A program made the translations under genes and the position numbers. 64,000 nucleotides of DNA from Klebsormidium nitens (lineage: Eukaryota > Plantae > Klebsormidiophyceae): assembly GCA_000708835.1 (NCBI GenBank), contig DF237034.1, positions 1-64,000 of the forward strand, read 5' to 3'. This document shows positions 53,337 to 64,000 of this stretch, piece by piece. Positions within the stretch are counted from its first letter, which is position 1; each line of letters opens with the position of its first letter. The notes under the pieces were generated by a model that worked only from the letters and a program-made list of their open reading frames with translations, was not told the DNA's origin and made no database searches.

Positions 53337-55330
53337 TTACTGCTGGCTCGAGTACCCATGAGGAACGTACCTGATTTCTTCGTGCAGTTCGACCTCTGTT
53401 TTCTCTTTTACCCGTTTCTTCACTTCGTCGATCAGCACCCTGATATCTTCGCAAGTAGCAGACCCTGTGTTTACCAGAAAGTTCGCATGCTTCTCAGACA
53501 CTTGAGCGCCCCCAATTGAGAGGCCTTTTAAGCCGAGTTGGTCCAGCAAAGCACCAGCCGACGGCTGCCCTCCCCCCGGATTGCGGAAAACACACCCCGC
53601 AGTCTTGGCAGTGATCGGCTGCGTCTGTCGTCGGCTGCCACGAAACGATATCGACCAAGTCAGTAAGATGAAATGCACTTGACCAAGCAAGAAGCCTGGC
53701 CGGATGCCAACAAGACTTGCGCCGGAACGGGAATGCCTTGATCTGATAAAAAGGGCAAGGTTAGTACCGAAACTCAGGATGGCTTCCTCCTGACGCCCCA
53801 GTCACGAAACCGCTTTACCTGTCCATGAACGTCAACTGCCGCTTGCGGGCATCGCCGCTCTTGTCCAGCTTGAACGTGGCTGCTACAATGGCTGCCAGGC
53901 CCTCCATCTGCTGGAAGGGCGATGTCCGGTAAGACCACGCCAGCTCTCCGTTATCCCGGGTCAGCGTCCTAGACGTTCCCTCCGCTGTTACAATCTCCAC
54001 CGAGTCGACCACATCTCCTGTTTCGCAACCATGCGCTCCTGCATTCATGAAGACCGCCCCCCCTACGGTGCCCGGTATCCCGCTTGCGAACTCGAGCCCC
54101 GTGAATCCCAGACGAGCTGTCAAGATTCCCAGGGTGTTGAAACCGACCCCGGCCCCCGCCCTGAATAAATTCTCTTGACCAGGCTCAATGAACTCCACCC
54201 GGTTCAGAATGACGCACCCGTTGAAGCCCCGATCATCAAAGAGCACGTTAGAGCCCTTCCCAAGAACAAAGGTGGGGATCTTCTCGCGATGGCAGTACCT
54301 GAGAATACCATGTATATTTGAGACTTTGGCCGCGGCAGAATTTGAGGTGGAAGTCATCAGGTTCAGATCGTCCGCCGCTTTAGTTTGCAAAAGAGATCAC
54401 ATGCATATTGGATCCGTGGAACTAGTCCAAAAAGTTACACAACACTATCAAGTAGCGGAGCCCTGGGTTTTACGAACAATGCTTCAAGACAAACCACAAA
54501 AACAGAACCGATGCTGATGGATTACCAGGCGAGCACAAAGATGTCCTGAAACAGCCTTCAAGCGGAGGCTTTCAGAATTGAAGTAGAGGGCAGCCCGTAG
54601 GAATATTTTCAGCGAACCCAGTAGCGTGAAAGCGGAATAGCACTATTGGTTACTACTCTGGGTCTGGAGATTTGATGTCCGTAGTCTGAAAACAGAAGTT
54701 GGGTTCTGCGAAGTCGTTTTAGAGTGCAGTCTCCTTTTCTTGGATGGGGCTCCACTAGGACCAAGATGCAGCTTGAGCCAGAGTAGTTGCGTACCTCAAA
54801 ACATGGGCCATTTGGCTTGCATCATGAACCTCAATGAAGTACTTGGCAAGGCCCCCGACACCCCAAGTGGAAACCTTACTTAGCAATTGATCAGATGTGA
54901 ATTCTGGTCTAATTTCCAAAAGAATATCGCTACCCTCGGCATCTACTTTGTTTGCCGTTATCCTATCAGCTTTGACCCCTGATGATAGGGCCTGCTGGGG
55001 CCTTGTATCTGTGCTCTGAGGAAACCCTCTAGGAAGATGGTGCTGATTGGTGGTCAAAGATGAAGCAGGGCTTGTTGCTGATGTCGCATTGGAATTTACT
55101 GCACTGCTTGCTGCAACCACCTGCCAAGCAGACCTGTTGATTGGGAGAACGCGTGTGGTCAATGGTGGTGGAGGCAGCAAAGGGGCATTGCTGAGGGACG
55201 TCAAAGTGTGCAGAGCAGAAGCTCGACAACCGCGTTTATACGTGAGCATGTTGCAGGAAGAACTGGCAGGTTTTACAGGCACGACGCTACCAAGGTAGAA
55301 TCTGCTAGCAAGTTCCTCCCTATCCTGCAA
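53337..55330 (-). CDS. murB: UDP-N-acetylenolpyruvoylglucosamine reductase with transit-peptide-like N-terminus (plastid peptidoglycan synthesis)
   Basis: Exons 55330-54795, 54298-53819, 53634-53337. Motifs STWGVGGLA, LGKGSNVLFDD, GLEFASGIPGTVGGAVFMNAGA, WSYRTS, TAGCVFRNP, GGAQVSEKHANFLVN, LHEEIR. The N-terminal extension is S/T/P-rich. Confidence 0.95.
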
Positions 55331-56007
55331 TGGAAGCTGTCATGGCCTGTCTAGAATTCTGTCTATCGACAGTAAATGCCCTGCCGACTGCCGATGTCCC
55401 CACAAGCTGCATCGCAGGAATGTGGCCCCCACTGGCATGTCCTTCGATTGTCAATGTGCACCCCTCCAGGATAGCTGGAGGTGCCACCTTGACTCCATTT
55501 TCGTGAACTGCATTTTCAGTGAACTTTGTGAGAGGGTTGCTCATGGCCTGTCACTCATGACTGCAGACTCGCGAGCATCGAGTCTTCCGAGAGAGAATTT
55601 AACGCCTCTCGCGCAAATTTGAAGACTTCACGCCACCTTCGCGCAGTAAGTCTTGCCGGCTTCCAAGTTTCGACCGACCTAGGACTACAGGCTACGGTGG
55701 TGGACTCAGGTGCGCTTATGAAGTCTGGAAGCTAGCTTATACCCAAATTGCATATAAGCGATAGACTAAATTAGGGTTCCGCTTGGTGCAAGCACATGGC
55801 CGCCTGATTTGAAATGGTGGCGCAGAACTCTCCGGCCCTGATCAGCTTTCTCTGCGCGCTAGAGAAGCTAGAACGTGGCTAGTAGCAAGGAAGGTGGTCA
55901 CACATGGACGTAGGTCCTTAGAATTCCCCTTTCGTAAGAGGTTCTCATTGTCGTTCGCTTCTTGGTCTTGGCAGAGGAGTGTCTGCAAGACGCCACAATC
56001 ACTGTGA

Positions 56008-57897
56008 AGATGGGTTTCTTAGGAGCAATTTTGCTTCTGTCACTGGTCCTGGGCGCTTTTGCGGACGACAATCCTGTGTACAATCCATGCGGGGATGCCC
56101 CTGCTGTGGCAAGAGGAGACGGCTTTACATTTGCAGTTGCTCTTGGATCGGATCCAACCTTTTGGCATGGGTTGTCTCCTTGCGACCCCAACCTCGTGCA
56201 AGTGCCTGAGGTGAGTCGTGAATTGGCTTCTCTTGTCGTGCTTAACACAAGACAATAAGTCCAGAGGTTGGCTGCATTCAGGGTGCACAACTGTTCCATT
56301 GACATCCGCCCTTGTGGCAGCTGTATTGAGATACTTTCAACATAGTTCTTTATGTACGATTTCTAACATTGTTTGAATGGCAAGGCCAGTACAAAGCACC
56401 TGATCATACAGAGCTTCCGGCTCTAAGCACTTCGGGGACTGAGCTCATGCGTCTTCCTTGATCAGTGCGCACCGTTATGTGCAGATTCTTCCAAGTGGAA
56501 CTTCAATGGCAGTCTTTAGACCCAAGGTAGATGAGTTGTCGCTCATTCGCTTCAACAATATCAGCCTGAACAACTTAAACAATCAGGTAAGCTAGCAGTC
56601 CCCCATGTGGTCTAACAGAGGTGTGAGATGGAATATTTAGCACGGGAAAGACTGTTTTGTTCCATGCGTTCGTGCTGAGGTCAAACAGCCTTCAAGGGAG
56701 CACCAGTTTGAACGATGCCTTTCGTGAGAATAAGAGACTGTGCTGGCATCCGGTTGGCCATGCCTCACTGCAGTTGGCTGATGAAACGCTCCGTCCACCC
56801 TGCTTACCGGTATTGAGGGACCAGCTCCACCTCATGCTACACACAGCATCCCCAGACTTTCCGTTTTTCCCGCACAGTTCCCTGGGAATCAGTCCCTAAT
56901 GGTCTATGCCGGCAGTTATCCTGCATACATCTCCGTACCCAAGACATATCGGACCCCTTTGGTAAGTTCCACGGTCACTCACTCTGCTCCCATACTTGCA
57001 CGAGCGTTGAAGGCTATAAGAGGGCTATTAGACCTGCTGTCATGACACTCTCTTCAATGTCAATGGTGATTCCACATCCGTAGTTGCTATGATAGGATTC
57101 ACCACTCCAACTTACCCTCCGCTATCTGCTTGGCTTTCTCCAGGGGCAAGTGCCTACATTTTCGCTTGTATTGGACTTCAATAGAGGGAAGCTGCGCAAT
57201 ATCCTCTGGTGAGCTCCAAGATAACCAGAGTCGCCTTTTAGTTCTCTCAGTCCAGAGAGTATTTTAATTGGTTGCTGAGATGCCATAGAAGATTCCGAAT
57301 CCTGGTTTTGATTTATGTGGTCGTCCAGCCATATCCATCTGTGAGCATACGGCCCTGTTCGTAATGTCTACTTGCTTTGACATATATGTCCTCCTTGTTT
57401 CTTACTCAGGAAAAACGAAGATTGCAAGACTTGTGAGAAGCAGTACTGCTTCAACAACAGGAATTGTGCAGTGCCCCAGGCTACTTGTGACCAGTCCAGA
57501 GGAACAGATCCAAACCGCTGCAGATTGGCGGTAAGTTTTTTTGAGCTCTCCGTTAAGTCGGATGCATGAGAGCCTAGCAATTTCACAAGTGGGGACTCAG
57601 CGCTCTTCTATTTAACTTCTCACCTGCTTAGAAGTGTCCTTGTATTTGTTTTGTTGCTGTGCTTGGCCTCTGTTACTCACAATGAAGTCTCGATGTCTCA
57701 AGCTTTGGCTTAATTTGTGCAGCTTCAAGTGGCCTTCTCCGGCACCGATAAGAACATGGTGCCTATGCAGTCGTGGTACCAAATTGCCCAGCTGAAACAG
57801 TACTCGATCACAGGTTTGTATGGGCAGGCAGTGGATAATTTCAATGCTGCCATAGGCAACGTTGTGGACAATGCAAACGCAATCACAAACCCTTGAA
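56008..57897 (+). CDS. Secreted cysteine-containing plant protein of unknown function (Expp1-like family)
   Basis: Signal peptide MGFLGAILLLSLVLGAFA. Spliced segments NPVYNPCGD..GDGFTFAVA, LSPCD, AVFRPKVDELSL, FSLVLDFNRGKLRNILW, CKTC..CFNNRNCAV, LQVAFSGTDK...SWYQIAQLKQYSI match my recollection of the land-plant Expp1 family. Confidence 0.8.
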
Positions 57898-58702
57898 TTA
57901 CTGCTTCGTCTAACCTACGGTATCTGCTCGCCTCTTGATTGTTGAATCCTCACAAGCTACACCATCTTGATGAAAGGTTCATTAGAAGTACGAACTCAGC
58001 TATCAATGTTTTTGGGTGTGCTTTAAGTGGTGCCCTTTGCACGACCGTCCTTAGCACCGGTCTCAACAACCCAAGATCGTCACCAGGCATGTGGAGCTTT
58101 GATCTGCAATGTGATCGAGCGTTGATCATGCATGGTGGCCGGGCATCCGGTCCTATGAACCTGTACGTAAAGACGAAGATATCCATGTAATTAATGAATA
58201 TGAATGCCGCGCGGATGCATACCATGCATCGCATCATGCATGTAGTTTTCGCCGACACACATGTCCCCGCTTTAGTTACCGAGCCTATGGTTAAGCATGC
58301 CAGCCCATTGCCGCGAGCCTATAAAATTATCGCAGGACAATCACGGGGCTCATGCACATGCTGGCACATGTTATAACCTGAGGCCGCCTGCAAACTTTTG
58401 AGCTTTACTTCGTACAAGCGACCCGCATGCGGAATATGCCAGCACGTACCGTATGCATGCTGGCATGTTTGGGTTTGGGTTTATGTAGTACCCCATTGCC
58501 ATGGAGTAAACTCGACAACGCACAGTCAAAGTTACGAAAGAATCGGCTATCAGAACAAGCATTCCAGTGAGTTGCAATGATGCCGGGTGCAGTATAATTC
58601 CTAAAGGATATTTCACAAAATCATGCACTTTCGGGACCCTTGCCCATGTGACCGGCATGCTGTTTTGCAGCTACAGCCTCCAAGTTTGTAACTATCGAGG
58701 TT

Positions 58703-61700
58703 TCAAACGGAGGCCGAAAGATGCTCAGTGATACGTTGCGCTGTGAGCTGTGCCCCTATCATGACCAACGGCACTCCATTTCCAGGTCGCGTAGATGCCC
58801 CCGTGAAGAAGAGACCCTGCACAAGAGAAGAGCATGCGGCAGCTGTAACAATTCAAAGCGGCCAACTGTGAACGAATCTTTGGCGTAAAAACACGACGCC
58901 GAATGTTGGTCACGCTGCAGGCGTTCTTCGCCAAGAAGGTGCTCTCAACTGCTTTGCTGGCGCAGAGGAGCCCCACGTACCTTGATACGTGAGTCTTGCA
59001 GGTCCGGCCGAAAATACGCAAGCTGTGCTAGGCCGTGCGCCAGCCCAAACGCCGCCCCGTGCTGCAGGTTGTACCTACATCATGCCAGCTGACCACGCGT
59101 CAGGAAGTTTTGTCTCGAAATACTGTCAGATCTGGCTGCAGCCTTGAGAGGCAGCAGAAAGGGCGTTGAAGCACTTTTAAAGGACTCTCTGTGTGCACGC
59201 ACCTTTCTCTCCAGTCGAGTGGGTCCGTGACCGTCTCGTGCACGATGTGCGACTCCACGTCCCCACAACCCGCTTCCGCCAACCGCCGCAGCACGGCTGC
59301 CCGGCCCTTCGCAACTAGACCTGCGCCGCCCACCGAGACTGGGTGAGCTCTGTAGAGAACGAGCGATGGGAGCACCTCGGGTTCGCGAATCACCGTCTTA
59401 CGCGCAGGAATGGAGATCTTTCGGTTTTTAGGATTCGGGCTTCTCAGCTGAGGGGCTTACCGTCAAGATCGCGAGCATCCATCTGACCCAAGTTGGCCAC
59501 GGGCAGTAGCACCATGATCGAGTCACCACCTGCGAAGGTACACAAACGGTTTGCTCTGTCAAATCACAACGTGCTCATCCCGTGGGGCTCCCGCAAAAGA
59601 TCAGAAGCCGGAACATCCTACCAGAAGCTGCAATCCTTAGGTGCATGTAATCAACCCCTGACAGGACGACAGACCGTCACTCTCTTTGCTCTGTCACGAA
59701 AAGGTGGATGCCCTCACCTGGGGGCGCTGCGGACGGGTCTGTTCGGCTGGGAGCTGCAACGTAGAAGTTGGGCCGTTGGGGGAGGGCCGCCGCAGCCGTT
59801 GCGCGGTCCCAGCTGCGCTCATACTCGTCCGACAGGAAGACGCTGTGGTGCGAGAGCAGCGGCAGCGGCTGGTCCAAACACCTGAGATAGCAGCACGCCG
59901 TCCGGTGACGCACTCGGTGGACATAAGGTGAACAACGGTTTTGTTGAGCAGAGGGTCAGACGTTCTGAAGGCAGTAGCCGTGGCAAGGTCGACCGCTGAA
60001 CTTCGTTTTTGAAGCGGCGCCGCAGAGGCGCGGTGCGGATGGGACGGGTCAGCTTGCTCACCAGCAGAACTCGATGACGCCGGCGCTGTAGTCCAGGCCC
60101 GCCAGCCGCGCTGCCTTGCGCTGGTTCTCGGGGCCGTCCAGGAGATGCTCGTACACGTACCTGAATAAAGAACGGCATGCGAGGTGGTCAGGCGCGCTTG
60201 TTTCCTCGCAGGAATGCCACAGAAAAAAAGGATTTGACAAAGACCAGAAAGCTACGCAAACCGTGAGCGATGTCCTTTGTACGGAAAGCGGTCCTGAGGG
60301 GTGGAGACCTTCATTGACTAAGATCGTCGGGGTCAAGACTTATTTCGAATGCAGATGAAGGTTTCAAACAAGAATGTTGCTGCTACGACCCGGTCCCTTC
60401 GATCTCCGTGCATCATCGGAATCGGGCTACTTCTTGACCACTTTGAAGAACATGTCCCAACATCTTCGGGATTTTGAGAAGGTACACACGTTCAATCGGA
60501 ATCTTCTGATCTCCTCAACGACACGCATCAAGCACACGCTTTTAGGCTGGAGCGTTGCAACGCCCGTCCAAAACCGAGGGTCTGAAGGTGAGCTACTTTA
60601 TAGCAGGAACGAGGGCCTCACGGCAGGTCGGGATTGGCAACCACGACATCCGCCGGGATGCTGGTCCCATCATCTAACAGCACGCCTTGCACCGATGAGC
60701 CGGATGTCTGGATACTCCGAACAGCAGTGCCCCTCCGCACGCTAACGCCTGCTGCCTTTGCGGCCTCCAACAGCCCGGCACCAACCTGGAAAACAAGGAA
60801 TGAGGGCCTCGAAGCTGTTGAAATCTGAAAGAGCTAGGAGGCGTGAACATATCACAGCACGTATGGCCTCACCAGACAGGCGAGACGACATATATCACTA
60901 ATTCAAAGCGTTTTTGCCCAATTCCTTGCTTTTGATGTACTCAGAGCGGGATGAATGGGTAAGGTACGAAGCGCCGTTGCTCACCTTCTTGAAGCCCCCC
61001 AGCGGATACCAGACTCCATCGAGGAGCTCGGTGGCGGCCAGCAGGGAGAAGACGCCGGGGGCCGTCCTCGGGGAGAGGCCGACGTACAGGTCCTGGAAGG
61101 TGACGAGAGCGCGTAGGCGAGGATCCTGACTGCCGAAAGACGAGGGTGAGGGGTCAGATGTCAATTTGGCATTTGTTTCCGCAATCCTGACTGCAAGGAT
61201 CGGATAGATCCGGTCAAAAGCTGGAACCGTTCGACATCAGGGACTACGAACAGAGAATGACTGCCTTTCTGCACTGCTGACCAGCGATGGAACATTCATT
61301 GGGCTGAGAATCGGAGCTGGAAAGACAGAAGTGGGCCTTCACCTTGAAGTAGGTGGCCATCCTTGCTGCATGCGGCCCAAGGAGTTCAATGGGGGAGACC
61401 TTCCCCAGGAGAGGCAGCAAGCGGGGCACATTGGCGTAGTCCCAGAAGCTGCATCAGAGAAAGAGGCAGCGAGGCCAGTCACACACATGGAAACATAGAA
61501 GAGGTGGGGGAGATAAGGTGAGGGGGTGTTGTTGCAGGACATAACCGGCCTTTCCATGAAATAGCAACCAGGCCAATCACATACGAACATGCAACCTCAA
61601 GTGCCAATGAACCTCGTGCGACAATCTCAAACGAATCCGATCGGCAGAAACGTGGCTCACCTGCGGAAGTCCTGTTCAATAAAGTTCTTGGTGCCCACAT

Positions 61701-62966
61701 CGAATGCAGCCTGCAAACAGGACAAGATTACTCAGGACAACGTTTGCTTCGTCACCACTAACCTCAGACGGTTAGGTAACAGAGCAGGATAGCCGTGCAC
61801 GATCATGCTTTGCCAGGACCCCGAATGATTCAGACAGGTGTCTGTAGCCCACCTTGGCATTGGCCAGGAATCGGAGGTAGGCTGCGGCTGCCCCTGGCTC
61901 GACTGCCTCTAGCTGCGCAGCCATGGCCTGCACGTCGTACAGCAAGTCCAGCCAGCTCGGCCCTGCGGCATCATCGTGGAAAAAGACGCGATACGCAGCG
62001 GGCTCGACGCGGCGCAGCTGCACATGGTCTTCCAGCTGAGTGCCTGCAGGAGAAGGGCAGTGGTTCGCACCAAGAAAGTGAGGTGGAGGGCCAAGCAGCA
62101 CAACGAGTTGAGGGCAGGAGTGATGATCATCTGCTATGCAATATGGAGCTGAGTGTTTGCCCTTCAGAGAGTGGGGCTTACCCATGCTGCGGAAGGCTGC
62201 CCGGTACGCCTGGGGCATCAAGAGCAAGCTGCAACAAGGAGCGAGGTGGACTTAGGGGGGAAAACACAAGCAGTGCACAATCACAATCGTGCCGCTACAA
62301 GCCACCGCGTCTTTCTCCAATCATTGAACCGCCAATGCAGGGGCGTCATATTGTGGTCAACCTCAAGGTCCGGCGTACCTGGGCCCTGTATCAAACCGAT
62401 GCCCGCCTTCCTCAATAGTTTGCAGGCGTCCACCAATATCAGCATTTTTCTCAATGATGGTCACTTCAACACGTGACCTGCACAGCACAAAGGAACATGA
62501 AGGACAAGACAAACATAGTTATGTGGTGATCAAATTGGGGTTGTTAAAATTGGAAGCTTCTTGCCATTTTCACAATGAGGAGGGGCCCGTAGCGTGCTCA
62601 GACTTTGAGAGCTCGGATCCCTCACCCCAGTTTGTGAGCCAGTACTCCGCTGACGACCAAACCGCCCACCCCTGCTCCAACAACAACAATCTGGAGGGGA
62701 TCCTTGCCACCACGTTGCAACCTGCCAGAGCTTGCTGGCGCAGCATTCTGCATGCAGCAGACAACCCCGGTTCGCAATGCGAGTTTCCTGCTGCAAGCGA
62801 GCTCACGGGTCAGCGTAGGTTTCTTACAGTTCTTGTGGTCCCTGCAAAGCAACAGTGTACGCGGTGGCGGGTGCAGCCGGGAGCTCCTAAGCGTCCTGAA
62901 TCGAATCGTTGCATGGTGGAGGGCGGGGAAAAGGCCATCAGGACTTGAACCAACAATCACATCCAT
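58703..62966 (-). CDS. crtI: CrtI-family (bacterial/fungal-type) phytoene desaturase-like FAD oxidoreductase with transit-peptide-like N-terminus
   Basis: IVVVGAGVGGL (FAD-binding), IIEKNADIGGR, HRFDTGPS, DPRLRALVTFQDLYVGLSPRTAPGVFSLLAATELLDGVWYPLGG, NFYVAAPSRTDPSAAPPG, C-terminal FTGASTRPGNGVPLV; stop at 58703. About 90 aa of R/S/L-rich leader; alternative ATG at 63017. Confidence 0.88.
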
Positions 62967-63483
62967 CCGCTTGGAATTGAATCTTTGGCAGAGGGTGTCC
63001 GAGCGGAAAGGCGGCAACCAGCCCTTACTACTTTACAGGGCACCAGCTAAAGGTGGTACTAGTAGGTATCTTGAAGGATGCTGTGCACAATGCTGGCCAG
63101 CATCCAGCTTTCTGAAAGCTGCATTGCTGGACAGCAGAAAATTAGGGTTTCGGGACAGCAAGCAAGAGCTCTTCAAACTTTTTGATCAGCTCGACAAAAG
63201 TTCACCCCGTGCACGGCAGGAGGGGGACCGGAGGCGACCACAAATCTGCCTTCCGAATTTACTTGAGAACACTAAAAGCAGACTTCAGTCGCTGCAAAGC
63301 CTGCAAAGAATCGCATGGGAGTTCTCGCTATGCCGCATGCGTTTGGTTTTGGACAAAGCTGTGAAGAGAAAGGAGAGAAAAGACCAAAGGCCCTGGAGGG
63401 CGCTTGTTGCAGGCACTTCGGAGCTTAGCAGAAGTTGTAAAGTTGTCTGATCGTCTGATCGTGAAGCTGCGGTGCTGGTGACC

Positions 63484-64000
63484 ATGGCGAGTACAGCGGT
63501 GCAAGGGAACGGAGGCCTTTCTGGAGCAATCTCTCCCAACGGGACAAAGACAAGGGCGGGTAATCGGACATCTGGAGGTGCCGAGAAAGATGCTGACAGC
63601 CCCCGTCTCTTTGTAGGGCAGGTGAGGTGTTCTTCATGAGTCCTCCGGTACTTTGGACTTTGGCTCGGACATGTTGTGAGCAGGTTCGCATCGATTGGAT
63701 CTCAAAAGGTTCCAATGCGCTGACCACAGTATAATCAATTTGCAGGCGTTTCTTTTCTTGCTCTTGACATGTACCTAAGCCATTCTCCTCTTCTTGGCAG
63801 ATTGGCAATAAGCCAAATGAGGCGGAATTGAAACAGTTGTTTGATAACATTGGCGAGGTAGTGCAGTTCCAAGTACTGAGGGACAAGAAGACTAAGCAGA
63901 CCAAAGGTAAGTTTCCAGATCCATGCTCTTTTACTATTTATTGAGTTATTGAGGAACTTTACAGGGTAACGGTTTGTAACATGTTGTTGGGCTGGTCAGC
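63484..64000 (+). CDS. RRM RNA-binding protein, CELF/Bruno/FCA-like; 5' part only, truncated by the window end
   Basis: Exon 63484-63621 (MAS...SPRLFVGQ, RNP2) is spliced in phase to 63801-63906 (IGNKPNEAELKQLFDNIGEVVQFQVLRDKKTKQTKG, leading into RNP1). Confidence 0.8.

Noticed and set aside
53337-62966. Bacterial contamination or a recent HGT island (murB, crtI)
   Set aside because: Both genes have canonical spliceosomal introns and targeting leaders, and are flanked by eukaryotic genes.
63425-63904. 159 aa minus-strand ORF as a crtI 5' extension
   Set aside because: It is antisense to the RRM exons, which have clear RNP motifs and matching splice phases.

Overview
Intron-rich eukaryotic nuclear DNA with GC-rich exons and mostly 150-450 nt introns. 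The gene content (LAV-type B3 factor, CBL, plastid MurB, Expp1-like protein) points to a streptophyte alga such as Klebsormidium; this assignment is inference. About 14 protein-coding genes can be reconstructed by hand from splice sites and motifs: an unknown low-complexity nuclear protein, a single-gene SbcD-SbcC (Mre11-Rad50/gp47-gp46-like) fusion with a putative organelle transit peptide, a BRK + homeodomain + LAV-B3 transcription factor, PrimPol, an extended SDR, carboxypeptidase D/SOL1, an AGXT-type class V aminotransferase, mitochondrial uL30, a CBL calcium sensor, DEAH helicase PRP2/DHX16, MurB, an Expp1-like secreted protein, a CrtI-type desaturase and the 5' end of a CELF/FCA-like RRM gene. 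Non-coding structure includes a TA-flanked MITE in an AGT intron, a ~550 bp foldback palindrome, a two-copy ~80 bp dispersed repeat, CATG-rich patches and an assembly gap with duplicated flanks. The strongest novelty candidates are the SbcCD fusion and the BRK-HD-B3 architecture. Exon coordinates were read by eye and no database search was run.
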